From contig CAYMDK010000003.1 of the NCBI GenBank assembly GCA_964389465.1, forward strand, positions 4,148 through 68,147: a stretch of 64,000 nucleotides of DNA, read 5' to 3'. The translations under genes were made by a program, and so were the position numbers. Below are positions 43,296 through 52,519 of this stretch, one piece after another. This DNA is from an uncultured archaeon. Lineage in GTDB: Archaea; Thermoplasmatota; Poseidoniia; MGIII; CG-Epi1. Position 1 is the stretch's first letter; the number at the start of each line of letters is the position of its first letter. Under the pieces are notes generated by a model. The model did not search any database. It had not been told where the DNA came from and worked only from the letters and a program-made list of their open reading frames with translations.

Positions 43296-44642
43296 CTACT
43301 CGCCTTCCCCTTCCAGTTTCAGCAGCTCGGCGAAATATTCGAGCGTTGCGAGCGCCGGCCCGTACTGTGTGTTGCTGCGGTTGGCGCTGCGCAGTGGCTC
43401 GTACGCTTGTCGCACCGCCCCCTCGATGTCGTCCGGGTTGGACTTGCGCGCGAGGTAGTAGCGGCAGACTGCCAGGTTGTGCCAGCCGCGCGGCTCGTCC
43501 GGCGCGACCTGTGTTGCGCGCTCGTAGTGCTCGGCGGCGCGCGCGAAGCGGCCCCCTCGCCAGGCGACATTCCCGAGCCGCAGGTAGTTGCGCACATCCT
43601 CCTTGCCCATCTCGGCGGCGAATTCGCGGAATTCGCCGCCTTCGCCCGTCGTGCCGACCGCTGGCGGCGTGGCGCTGCCGGGCTCGTAGTCGCCCAGTCC
43701 GCTGGTGTCAGGCTCGATGTCGCCGAACATGCCGAAACCGAACAGGCTATCCTCCCCGGGCTGCGCCGTGGGGGCTGGTGCCGCTGCCGGCGTGGCCGTG
43801 TCGGTCGCGTCCATCTGGTAGGCGACCACATCGGTGCCGCTGCCGGCGACCACCAGTGCGAGGCTCGCGCTGCAGCCCACCGAGGTCAGCTCGCCGCCCG
43901 GCCGCCGCACCGCCAGCGCGTCGCCCGCCGGCGAGAGCCGGTAGATGCAGCCGTCGTGCGAGGCGGCAAGCACCCCGCCGTCGGCGGTCGGGCAGACTGC
44001 ACGCACGTAGCCGTCAGTCAGGTATTCCCAGCGCTCCTCGCCGCTGCCGTCGAGGCAGTGCACCTTGCGGTCCCAGCCGCCGAGGAAGACGCGTCCGCCA
44101 TCCTCGCTGATGGCGGCGTCCCAGAGCGAGTCGCCGCGCTTCTTCTGCCACTGCAAGGCGCCCTCGCCATCGAGGCAGAAGAGCTGCTCGTCCCCGCAGG
44201 CGATAATCCGCGACCCGGCCCGCGAGACGCTGACGCCGACCATCGCGCGCGCGGTTTCGTATTCCCATACGAGGATGCCGCCATCGGTATAGAACGCGAC
44301 CGAGTCGCCGGTGCCGGTGGCGATGAAGCTGCCGCCGGGGTCCATCGCTAAAGACCAGACCGACTTGCCGAGCGGCTGCTCCCACTCGAGCTCCCCCGCA
44401 CGGCTGAACATCCGCAGCTGGCAATCCTTGCTGCCGCACACAATCCGCTGTCCGTCGCGCGAGACCGCGACGCCGTGGATGCCTTCGCCCAGCTTGCGCT
44501 GCCACAGCAGCGCCCCATCGCCGTCGGAGACAGTGAGGTTTCCGTTGCGGTCCCCCGCAACTACGGTCGAGCCATCGGCGGCGACCGCAAGGCTGAGGGC
44601 CGGGCCGGGCAGGACCAGCCGGAATCGGGACGCTTCGGGCAT
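43296..44642 (-). CDS. Beta-propeller (PQQ/WD40-like repeats) protein with C-terminal TPR domain
   Basis: Seven to eight repeats of the form DG..V.G..D..L...D..G...W. The C-terminus is LGNVAWRGGRFARAAEHYERATQVAPDEPRGWHNLA. ORF trimmed to ATG 44640-44642. Confidence 0.65.
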   Translation of the reverse strand: MPEASRFRLVLPGPALSLAVAADGSTVVAGDRNGNLTVSDGDGALLWQRKLGEGIHGVAVSRDGQRIVCGSKDCQLRMFSRAGELEWEQPLGKSVWSLAMDPGGSFIATGTGDSVAFYTDGGILVWEYETARAMVGVSVSRAGSRIIACGDEQLFCLDGEGALQWQKKRGDSLWDAAISEDGGRVFLGGWDRKVHCLDGSGEERWEYLTDGYVRAVCPTADGGVLAASHDGCIYRLSPAGDALAVRRPGGELTSVGCSASLALVVAGSGTDVVAYQMDATDTATPAAAPAPTAQPGEDSLFGFGMFGDIEPDTSGLGDYEPGSATPPAVGTTGEGGEFREFAAEMGKEDVRNYLRLGNVAWRGGRFARAAEHYERATQVAPDEPRGWHNLAVCRYYLARKSNPDDIEGAVRQAYEPLRSANRSNTQYGPALATLEYFAELLKLEGEGE

Positions 44643-44729
44643 GGGCGGCGGCGCAGGCCCTGAGCTATTTATCCGCTTGCCCCGCCACCAGTTTTCTGTA
44701 TGCTGGAAGGGGTGCTTTACCGAACAAGT

Positions 44730-44743
44730 AAATTTAAATAAAG
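44730..44743. promoter_or_regulatory. AT-rich TATA-like element between divergent genes
   Basis: aaatttaaataaag lies about 85-90 nt from both starts (44642 - and 44828 +). The distance is long for leaderless mRNAs, so confidence is low. Confidence 0.3.
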
Positions 44744-44827
44744 TCCTTGCGTGTGAACTGTCTGCGAGAGTGGCCAGTCCAACCGCTAAGGGAGGGCTTT
44801 CCTGTCTCACGCAACAAAGGTGTAAAC

Positions 44828-47800
44828 ATGCTGACACGTCGGCCCGAAAAGCTTCTGGCAGGAATACTGATGGTCACAGTGGTGGCCGTAATCATGGCGG
44901 GCTATGTCGAAGGCTCCCTGTTTGGCATAATCGAAACCGGTTATTCCGGCGCACCGGGCGACGATGACTGCACCTCCTGCCATGGCGATACAGACCCCAA
45001 CTCGGGCGGTTCGCAGGACATAATGTTCAGTGTCGCCGAGTACATACCGGGCGAAGATGTTGATATAAACGTCAACGTGAGCGGCGGTGGCCATGGGAAG
45101 TTCGGCTTCGAGATGGTTGTTATCGATGGTAACGGCGACTCGGTTGGCAATTTTTCGATTACGGTGGGTGACACCAACCTCAGCACCGCGTCAGACACCT
45201 ATGACTACATCATGAGCAACGCCAACGATGACGGCGTCGGCTACATGGTCTGGGACTTCGCTTGGTCACCTTCGGACTACCATGGGGATGTCACCTTCTA
45301 CGTCGCCAGTATGAGCTGTATCTGGGATGAGGATGAGTGTCAGGTGGGCGACGAGGAAGCATGGGATCAGAGCTATGCGCTGGTCCAGCAGAACCGCGCC
45401 CCGACCCTGACCGGCGGTCAGGTCTCCCCGGGAGCCGCCAGCTGGCCTGTCTCCGCGAGTGACACGGTGGTTTTCCAGGTCACCTACACCGATGAAGATG
45501 ACGACGCTCCCAGTGAGGTGCTGCTCTTCGTTGATGGTATTGGCTATTCCATGTCCTCCTCCAGCAGCAACGACGGTGATTACACCAACGGTGAGAATTA
45601 CGAATACACCTTCGATCAGGCGGGCGACCTCGGCCTCGGAATGCATACTTACTACTTCACCAGTTCTGACGGGGAGGATGGCGTAACCACCACTACCTCT
45701 AACGGCCCGCGGGTCAACGATGAGCCGGTGCTGAGCGCGATTGCGGCGACACCCTCAACGGTACAGCTGCCAATTAATTCCGCCACGATAACGGTAATCT
45801 ACACAGATGACAACAACCAGGCACCCGGTTCGATTACGCTCTGCGTCGGCGACGATAACCTGAGTGACGGCTGTGGTGGCACTGAAGTCGCAATGAGCGC
45901 CTCGGCGGGCGGCGACGGTGACTACACCAACGGTGAGCAGTACGAGTACACGCAGGTCTTCCCGGGTGGCAAGACGGTATTCGCTGCCAGCGCCAGTGAT
46001 GGCATGGACGACTCCAACACAGTTGCCGGCTCGGTCTGGGTCCGCACCGACATCCCGTGGCTCACCGACGCGGCAGTCTCCCCGACCAGTGGTGGCGAGG
46101 GCGATGACTTCAGTTTCTCGGTTCGCTACCACGAGTACAATGGCACCAACGCCTCGACCATCAGCGTGACGGTCGGTAGCAACTCCTTCTCGCTATCACG
46201 GACTAACGACTCGGAGAGCCCGGCTGACGCCGCTGGCGCCGAGTACGCCTACACTGGCGCCATGGCGTGGGGCGCTCACAGCGTGGCCTTCGACGCCAAC
46301 AACGGTGTCAACGATGCCGCGCAGCTCTCGGGCAGCTCGATTGCGGTCAACGATGCCCCCGCCTTCACCGCCAACGGCACTGCGACGCGCGTCAACGACA
46401 CCTACACTTTCACCGCCAGCGTCAGTGACGTTAACGAGGATGACGGCGACTCGCTGACCGTCTGGGCCGACATTGCGGACCACGGAATCCTGTTCCTTGT
46501 CAGCAACAACGACGGCACCTACTCGGCGAGCCTCGACCTGTCTGACCTGATTGACCGCGGCGGCGACCGCACGGCGACTTTCGGCGCCGAGGACAGCATC
46601 GGGGTGGCCGCGACCGGTGACGCCGGCACTGACACATTCTTCGTCGACTATGTCGGCGGCGCAGACCTAGACGAGCCGGCAGACACCTCGGGCGCGCCGG
46701 GCGACCGCACGGTCACCTTCACGATTACCAACAGCGGCAACGCCGATGACACCTACACGATTAGCGCCAGCGACGTTGCGTTTTGGGATTTGAGCTACCC
46801 GGCAACGGTTGACGTAGCCTACAACAGCTCAGCCACCTTCGACCTGACGGTCAGCGTCCCCTTCCTGGCTTACGGCGTATTGAACCAGCTCGACGTCGAT
46901 ATCGCGTCGCAGAACAACGGCACCGCGACCGATGCGCACAGCATGATGTATTCAGTCGGGCTAGTGCAGGGCGTCGCAGTCACTGCAGTTTCCAGCACGC
47001 AGGAGGGCGCACCGGACAGTTCCACGAGCCACACCTTCACGGTGCAGAACACCGGTAACTACGATAACACGTTCGCAATTTCAACCAGCAGCAGCTGGTC
47101 TTCAGATGCTTCCTCCAGCGGGATGTCACTCAGTATGGGTGAAGTGCGGCTGGTCACGGTCACGCACGACGTCCCCGCAGGCGCAGCGCACGGCGCGAGC
47201 GATACGGTCACGCTCACCGCGACCGGCGGCGCCAGCGCCAGCGACTCGGCCGACAGCAGCGCCGGGCTCGTGACCGGCTCGAGCATTTCGCTCGGAACGG
47301 TTTCAGCAGCGTATCCGGGCGACTCCTTCCAGGTTTCCGGCACCGTCACCAACACAGGTAACGGTGACGCGAGCTATGGCTTTGGTATCAGCGGCAACAG
47401 CGAGGCCAATGGCTGGGCGTCGCTGAACGCCACCTCTACCGGTGTTCTCGCCGCGGGTGGCAGCTTCGACTTCCGCGTCTGGATTGACGTCCCTGAAGAT
47501 ATTCCGGCTGGCGGCAGCTACTCAATCTCGGTCTCCACCGATGATGACAGCGCGAGCGCGACACTCGGCATCGCCAGCGACGCGCGCAGCGCAGGCGTGA
47601 GCGCGGCTGACGACAGCTTCCTGCTCAACCCCGGCACCTCGGCGACCACAGTCGTCACGGTGACCAACACCGGCAACGTTGCGACCAGCTACACCATCGT
47701 CGTCACCGACGGTCACGATAACCTGCGCTTCTCAACCACCAGCTTCCGCATCGCCAAGAGCGGTTTCCAGACGGTCCAGTTGACCGTCATGGTCCCGGCT

Positions 47801-49294
47801 GGCGCGACCGCAGCGAGCTCCGCCGGCTTCACGGTCACGCCGTCAATTGACGGTACTGGCGCTTCGCAGGCCATCTCGATTACTCCCAACCTGCCGCAGG
47901 ACACTTCCGGCTGGTTGCTCAGCACGGACGATACCATGGCTGGCTCCCCGCACACCTTCACGCTCTCCGGCGCCGACAGCGCGCTTGCGATAGACTGGGA
48001 TTTCGGCGACGGCAGCAGCATGGCTGACGGCGGCGCCTCGCAGGACCACACCTATGACATGGCGGGCGACTACACCATCTCGCTGGTCGCCACCGACGGC
48101 CTTGGACAGGTAACAAGTTTCAGCGCGGCGGTAACCGCCGGTAACAGCGCACCCTCGGTCCCGGCACCTTCGGTGAGCGAGGACGAGGGTATCACGATTG
48201 ACGGGAACACCGTCCGCGTGGTCGAGGAGCAGGCGGTCGAGTTTGTCCTGGCGGTCCCGACCGATGGCGACGGCAGCATTGCGATGCTGGTGGTCGACTT
48301 CGGCGACGGCTCGCAAATTTCCTTCAGCGGCAGTGACCTGACTGGTCAGGGCACGCTGAACCTGAAGCACGCCTATGCGGCGCCCGGCACCTATCAGGTG
48401 CAGGTCACCGCAGTTGACAATTCTGGTGCGGTGACTACCACAGTGGCTCAGGAAGTGGTGGTGGCGGAAGCCGAAAACGCCATTACGGTCGACAACTGGA
48501 ATCGCAGCTTCGCCCTGTTGGTGGGTGGGCTCGTTCTGGGCCTGCTAATGGCCGCCGCAGCGTATAATGTCCGCACGAGCGGATTCACTGGTGAAAGCAT
48601 GAACAAGCAAGAAAGAGCCCGTCTGTCAGAAGTCGAACAGCGCCTTGAGATCTCCAAAGGTCGCGAGGAACTGCTCGAGGTAGCAGCTTACGACGCATCC
48701 CGCGTCGCGACCAAGATGGAGGCCCACCTTTCGGCCTTCAACGAAATACTGGTCAAAGCCCAGCAGATTGCCGCCACCGAGCGGCTAGCCGAACTGGAGG
48801 CGGCCGAGGCAGCCGAAACTGCGGCAGCGGAGCAGCTCGAGCTTGACTTGGCCGACCCGGATATGGAGTTGCTCGCCGAGCGGTTCCACGGTACGCTGAC
48901 CAAGCTGGTCGACACCCGCACCGACCTAGGGCAGATTGAGGAACAGCTGGCTTACGTGCTCAAGATGGAGCGCGACGAGCAGTTCGCCAAGCTGACCGAG
49001 ATTACCGAGGCGTACGAATCAACCCAGCGTAAGATTGAGGCCATAGAATCTGTCCGCGCCGCGCGCGAAGAGGCGCGGGAGGAGACGAACCTGATGGACC
49101 TCCTGAGCGGCGGCGGTGCTGCAGCTGCTCCTGACGAGGACTTCGGTTTCGCTGACGACTACGACGACGAGCTGGGCGATGACGAAGAGGAGTACGAGGT
49201 CGAAATCTACGAGGACGAGGACGGCTCGTTCTACTACATCGACCCCGACTCGGGCGAAGAAGTTCCCTGCGACGAAGACGGCAACCCGCTCTGA
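44828..49294 (+). CDS. Giant (1488 aa) surface protein: N-terminal anchor/signal, CxxCH domain, many Ig-like (CARDB/COG1470-type) and PKD modules, TM helix, about 240-aa cytoplasmic coiled-coil and acidic tail
   Basis: ORF 44747..49294 trimmed to ATG 44828 (MLTRRPEKLLAGILMVTVVAVIMAG). Contains DDDCTSCHGD. Repeated xTVxNTGNxxDTY modules. PKD signatures IDWDFGDGS...HTYDMAGDYTISLVATD and VVDFGDGS...HAYAAPGTYQVQVTAVD. TM FALLVGGLVLGLLMAAAAY. Tail rich in heptad-like E/A/L/K, ending DDYDDELGDDEEEYEVEIYEDEDG. Confidence 0.85.
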   Translation: MLTRRPEKLLAGILMVTVVAVIMAGYVEGSLFGIIETGYSGAPGDDDCTSCHGDTDPNSGGSQDIMFSVAEYIPGEDVDINVNVSGGGHGKFGFEMVVIDGNGDSVGNFSITVGDTNLSTASDTYDYIMSNANDDGVGYMVWDFAWSPSDYHGDVTFYVASMSCIWDEDECQVGDEEAWDQSYALVQQNRAPTLTGGQVSPGAASWPVSASDTVVFQVTYTDEDDDAPSEVLLFVDGIGYSMSSSSSNDGDYTNGENYEYTFDQAGDLGLGMHTYYFTSSDGEDGVTTTTSNGPRVNDEPVLSAIAATPSTVQLPINSATITVIYTDDNNQAPGSITLCVGDDNLSDGCGGTEVAMSASAGGDGDYTNGEQYEYTQVFPGGKTVFAASASDGMDDSNTVAGSVWVRTDIPWLTDAAVSPTSGGEGDDFSFSVRYHEYNGTNASTISVTVGSNSFSLSRTNDSESPADAAGAEYAYTGAMAWGAHSVAFDANNGVNDAAQLSGSSIAVNDAPAFTANGTATRVNDTYTFTASVSDVNEDDGDSLTVWADIADHGILFLVSNNDGTYSASLDLSDLIDRGGDRTATFGAEDSIGVAATGDAGTDTFFVDYVGGADLDEPADTSGAPGDRTVTFTITNSGNADDTYTISASDVAFWDLSYPATVDVAYNSSATFDLTVSVPFLAYGVLNQLDVDIASQNNGTATDAHSMMYSVGLVQGVAVTAVSSTQEGAPDSSTSHTFTVQNTGNYDNTFAISTSSSWSSDASSSGMSLSMGEVRLVTVTHDVPAGAAHGASDTVTLTATGGASASDSADSSAGLVTGSSISLGTVSAAYPGDSFQVSGTVTNTGNGDASYGFGISGNSEANGWASLNATSTGVLAAGGSFDFRVWIDVPEDIPAGGSYSISVSTDDDSASATLGIASDARSAGVSAADDSFLLNPGTSATTVVTVTNTGNVATSYTIVVTDGHDNLRFSTTSFRIAKSGFQTVQLTVMVPAGATAASSAGFTVTPSIDGTGASQAISITPNLPQDTSGWLLSTDDTMAGSPHTFTLSGADSALAIDWDFGDGSSMADGGASQDHTYDMAGDYTISLVATDGLGQVTSFSAAVTAGNSAPSVPAPSVSEDEGITIDGNTVRVVEEQAVEFVLAVPTDGDGSIAMLVVDFGDGSQISFSGSDLTGQGTLNLKHAYAAPGTYQVQVTAVDNSGAVTTTVAQEVVVAEAENAITVDNWNRSFALLVGGLVLGLLMAAAAYNVRTSGFTGESMNKQERARLSEVEQRLEISKGREELLEVAAYDASRVATKMEAHLSAFNEILVKAQQIAATERLAELEAAEAAETAAAEQLELDLADPDMELLAERFHGTLTKLVDTRTDLGQIEEQLAYVLKMERDEQFAKLTEITEAYESTQRKIEAIESVRAAREEAREETNLMDLLSGGGAAAAPDEDFGFADDYDDELGDDEEEYEVEIYEDEDGSFYYIDPDSGEEVPCDEDGNPL

Positions 49295-49434
49295 ATCTGG
49301 AGTGGTGGTGGCCGCTGCAGGCGCGCCTTGAACGTGAGTTCGGCCACGACCCGCGACGTGAATCGGTAGCGCTGCGGCTGCTGCAACGACTCGGCCGCCC
49401 GTCAGGCGAACTGCCGCGATTCCGGGGCCGCAGC

Positions 49435-49923
49435 GTGCTCGTCGTCGGTGCGGGTCTGCGTCCGGACGAAACGCTTCCGCGCGGCGCGCTGGTTGCCGCT
49501 GATGGCGCCGTGCGTGGTTGCCGTGAGCGCGGCCGCGTGCCAGCGCTGGTGGTGAGCGACCTCGACGGCTACCGCGACGACTTGCGCTGGGTCCTCGCTG
49601 GCGGTGCGGCGCTGGTGGTCCACGGCCATGGCGATAACCTCGCGGCGCTCGGCGAATGGCTGCCGCGGCTGCGGCCGGCGGCGCTGACCGCGAGGCGCTC
49701 CGCCCCGGGCGTCGCGTGCTGGGGCGGCTTTACCGACGGCGACCGTGCGGTGCTGGCGGCGCTCGCCATGGGCGCGCGCCGCGTGCGACTGGCGGGCTTC
49801 AGCTTCGACGCTGTGGGCCCCTACTCGGGGCGCAGCCGCGGGCGGCTCAAACGCAAGAAGCTGGCGTGGGCGCAGCGCATATTGCGAGCGGCGGCGCGGG
49901 AATATCCAGCGTTTGAGTTCTAG
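49435..49923 (+). CDS. 6-hydroxymethylpterin diphosphokinase MptE-like (DUF115) protein; true start probably upstream
   Basis: Motifs VVSDLDG, VHGHGDN and GFTDGDRAVL. The reading frame stays open upstream to the stop of the preceding gene and encodes an MptE-like N-terminus (see findings). Confidence 0.6.
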   Translation: MLVVGAGLRPDETLPRGALVAADGAVRGCRERGRVPALVVSDLDGYRDDLRWVLAGGAALVVHGHGDNLAALGEWLPRLRPAALTARRSAPGVACWGGFTDGDRAVLAALAMGARRVRLAGFSFDAVGPYSGRSRGRLKRKKLAWAQRILRAAAREYPAFEF

Positions 49924-50672
49924 CCCACCAACCGGATGAAAGCGTCCTCGAGCGTGGGGCTCGAGGTCGAGCTGAGCAGCTCCGGCACGGTCCCGACCGA
50001 GAGCAGCCGCCCATGGTCGATGACCGCGATACGGTCGCAGAGTGACGCGGCCATCTCGGTGATGTGGGTTGAGAGCAGCACTGTATGGCCGCCCTGCGAG
50101 AGGTTGCGCACCCACTCCTTCAGCAGCCGCGTGTAGCGCGGGTCGAGCCCGGCCGCCGGCTCGTCGAGCAGCACCACTTCGGGGTCGTGGACCAGCGTCA
50201 TCGCAATCGCCAGCTTCTGTCGCATTCCCTTCGAGTAGGTGCCGACCTCCGCCTGCATCTGCCCCTCCAGGCCAAGCGCCTTGCCGTAGTATTCGGCACG
50301 CTGCTGCAGGAGCTTGGGCGAGAGCTTGCGCAGCGCCCCGACCAGCTCGAGCATCTCCGCACCGGTCAGCCGGTCGTAGAGCACCGGATTTTCGGGGAGG
50401 TAGCCCAGCATCGCCTTCGCCTGCAGCGGCTTGCGCGCCATGTCTATTCCCCCCACCGTCACGCTGCCGCGGGTCGGCTTGAGCAGCCCGCAGAGCATCT
50501 TGATAGTCGTCGACTTCCCGGCGCCATTGCTGCCGAGCAGCCCGAATACTTCACCGCGGTGGACCTCGAAGCTGACGTCGCGCACCGCGCACAATTTCCC
50601 GTAGTAGCGCGTGAGCCCCCGGACCTGAATCACTGCGACCCATTCCTGCCCGGCTAAATAGGCGCGGCCCAT
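49920..50672 (-). CDS. ABC transporter ATP-binding protein (ABC-2/NatA-like), no adjacent permease
   Basis: Walker A GSNGAGKST, signature YSKGMRQK, Walker B VVLLDEP. ORF trimmed to ATG 50670-50672. Confidence 0.85.
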   Translation of the reverse strand: MGRAYLAGQEWVAVIQVRGLTRYYGKLCAVRDVSFEVHRGEVFGLLGSNGAGKSTTIKMLCGLLKPTRGSVTVGGIDMARKPLQAKAMLGYLPENPVLYDRLTGAEMLELVGALRKLSPKLLQQRAEYYGKALGLEGQMQAEVGTYSKGMRQKLAIAMTLVHDPEVVLLDEPAAGLDPRYTRLLKEWVRNLSQGGHTVLLSTHITEMAASLCDRIAVIDHGRLLSVGTVPELLSSTSSPTLEDAFIRLVG

Positions 50673-50746
50673 TCGGGGCCAATGGCCGGGGCTGCGCTCC
50701 AGTCGATTGAGGGCGGGACACTGCTGGTGCGGCTGGAGGCGCAGCG

Positions 50747-51142
50747 TTGAACGACGCCGAGCGGCTCGAGGCGCTGGAGCGCTGGCTCGAAAAAATCGAG
50801 GAATTCCCGGGGCCAATCATCATCGAGGGCCAGCGCGACATCGCCGCGCTGGCCCGCTTCTGCGAGCTGCAGCTGGTCTCGCTCAACAGCGGCAACTCGG
50901 TGCTGCAGACCATCGAGAGGCTGGCTGCGCAACTTGGGTCGCGCGGTCGCTTCGCCATCCTCACCGACTGGGACCGCACCGGCGGCCGGCTGGCGCGCAA
51001 GCTCGCTGAGCTGGGCCGCGGCAGCGACCTGCAGCCCGACCTGGAACTGCGGCGCGAGCTGGCGCTGATTTCGCGCGGCGATATCAGCTGCGTCGAGGAG
51101 CTGCCGGCGCTGGAGCGCAAGCTGCGCAGCCGTCAGGCTTAA
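50747..51142 (+). CDS. Small Toprim-domain protein (UPF0292/COG1658-like)
   Basis: IIIEGQRDIAAL and ILTDWDRTGGRLA are Toprim E and DxD motifs. TTG start. Confidence 0.6.
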   Translation: MNDAERLEALERWLEKIEEFPGPIIIEGQRDIAALARFCELQLVSLNSGNSVLQTIERLAAQLGSRGRFAILTDWDRTGGRLARKLAELGRGSDLQPDLELRRELALISRGDISCVEELPALERKLRSRQA

Positions 51143-51172
51143 ACCGCAGCAGGCCTCCGCCGCGCCGGTCGC

Positions 51173-52519
51173 ATGGAAGCATCATTGTCCGGAACCGCTG
51201 CACCCGCCGCGCACGGTATCGCGGCGACCAGCGTCCACGAAATATTGCGCCGGCACCAGCTGGTTGACGGCTTTGATGTCGTACTCGACCTGGAGCGGTC
51301 GCACGGCGCCTGGCTCTACGACGCGCGCACTGAGTCGGAATTCCTCGACTGCTTCACCTGCTTCGCCTCGTGGCCGGTGGGGTACAACCACCCGCTGCTG
51401 CAGACCCCGGAATTCCTCGATCGGGTGCGCGCGGTTGCGACCGCCAACCCTGCCAACTCGGACTTGTACACGCGCGAGATGGCTGGCTTCGTCGAAGCGT
51501 TCGCGACCCGCGCCACCCCCCCGGGCTTCCCGTACCATTTCTGGGTCGCCGGCGGCGCGCTGGCGGTCGAAAACGCGCTCAAGACGGCGTTCGACTGGAA
51601 GGCGCGCAAGCTGGGGCGCACTGACTTTGGGGCCGACGTAAACGACCTTGTAATCCTGCACCTGCGCGATGCATTCCACGGCCGCAGCGGCTACACCCTC
51701 TCACTCACCAACACCGTCCCCGACAAAATCGGGCTCTTCCCCAAGTTCGACTGGCCGCGGGTCCACAACCCGACTATCGAGTTCGGCCCCGACGGCGAGG
51801 TCGCCAACGACATCGCCGCCGAGGAAGCACGCGCTTGCGCCGAAATCGAGGCCGCCTTCGCGCAGCACGGCGACCGCATCGCCGCGATCATCCTCGAGCC
51901 GCTGCAGGGCGAAGGCGGCGACAACCACTTCCGCCCCGAATTCTTCGCGGCGTTGCGCGACTACGCCGACTCGCGCGAAGCGCTGCTGATTTACGACGAA
52001 GTGCAGACCGGCTTCTGGGGGTCGGGCAAGCCGTGGCTCTGGCAGCACCACGGCGTCGCGCCCGACATCGTCGCCTTCGGCAAGAAGACGCAGGTTTGCG
52101 GCATCTACTGCTCGGAGCGCATCGACGAAGTCGCCGACAATGTATTCCAGATGTCGGGCCGCATCAACTCCACTTTCGGCGGCAACCTGATGGACATGGT
52201 GCGCTGCCACCGTTTCCTCGACATTATCGAAGCCGAAGGCCTCGGCGAGAACGCGGCCGTGCGGGGCGCCGAGTTGCTGGTCGCGCTGCGTGCTCTCGCG
52301 CGCGAGACCGGTAGCTTCAGCAACGTGCGCGGCGTCGGCAGCCTCATCGCGTTTACGCTGCCGTCGCCCGGAAAGCGCGACGCCATGATGGCGTCGCTGG
52401 CGGAGCAGAAAGTGCTGGCGCTCAAGTCGGGCCCCGCTTCGGTTCGCTTCCGGCTGCCGCTCGTCATCTCGGCCGACGAGATTGCGGAGCTGCTTTCGCG
52501 TGTCCGCGCCGCGCTCTAG
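51173..52519 (+). CDS. lat: L-lysine 6-transaminase (lysine epsilon-aminotransferase), class III PLP enzyme
   Basis: Long colinear similarity to actinobacterial LAT as I remember it: VHEILRRHQLVDGFDVVLDL, FHGRSGYTLSLTNT, FPKFDWPR, EPLQGEGGDNHFRPEFF, DEVQTG, PDIVAFGKKTQVCG. Confidence 0.88.
   Translation: MEASLSGTAAPAAHGIAATSVHEILRRHQLVDGFDVVLDLERSHGAWLYDARTESEFLDCFTCFASWPVGYNHPLLQTPEFLDRVRAVATANPANSDLYTREMAGFVEAFATRATPPGFPYHFWVAGGALAVENALKTAFDWKARKLGRTDFGADVNDLVILHLRDAFHGRSGYTLSLTNTVPDKIGLFPKFDWPRVHNPTIEFGPDGEVANDIAAEEARACAEIEAAFAQHGDRIAAIILEPLQGEGGDNHFRPEFFAALRDYADSREALLIYDEVQTGFWGSGKPWLWQHHGVAPDIVAFGKKTQVCGIYCSERIDEVADNVFQMSGRINSTFGGNLMDMVRCHRFLDIIEAEGLGENAAVRGAELLVALRALARETGSFSNVRGVGSLIAFTLPSPGKRDAMMASLAEQKVLALKSGPASVRFRLPLVISADEIAELLSRVRAAL

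Noticed and set aside
49920-51142. ABC ATPase divergent from a Toprim-domain protein, considered as a possible PARIS/OLD/Gabija-like antiviral pair.
   Set aside because: The ATPase is a compact 250-aa transport-type ABC-2 protein (Walker A, SKGMRQK signature, Walker B) without the coiled-coil or insertion architecture of OLD/AriA/GajA ATPases. The Toprim protein matches the small housekeeping UPF0292/COG1658 family found widely in Euryarchaeota. The genes are divergent rather than co-transcribed. The missing permease remains unexplained.
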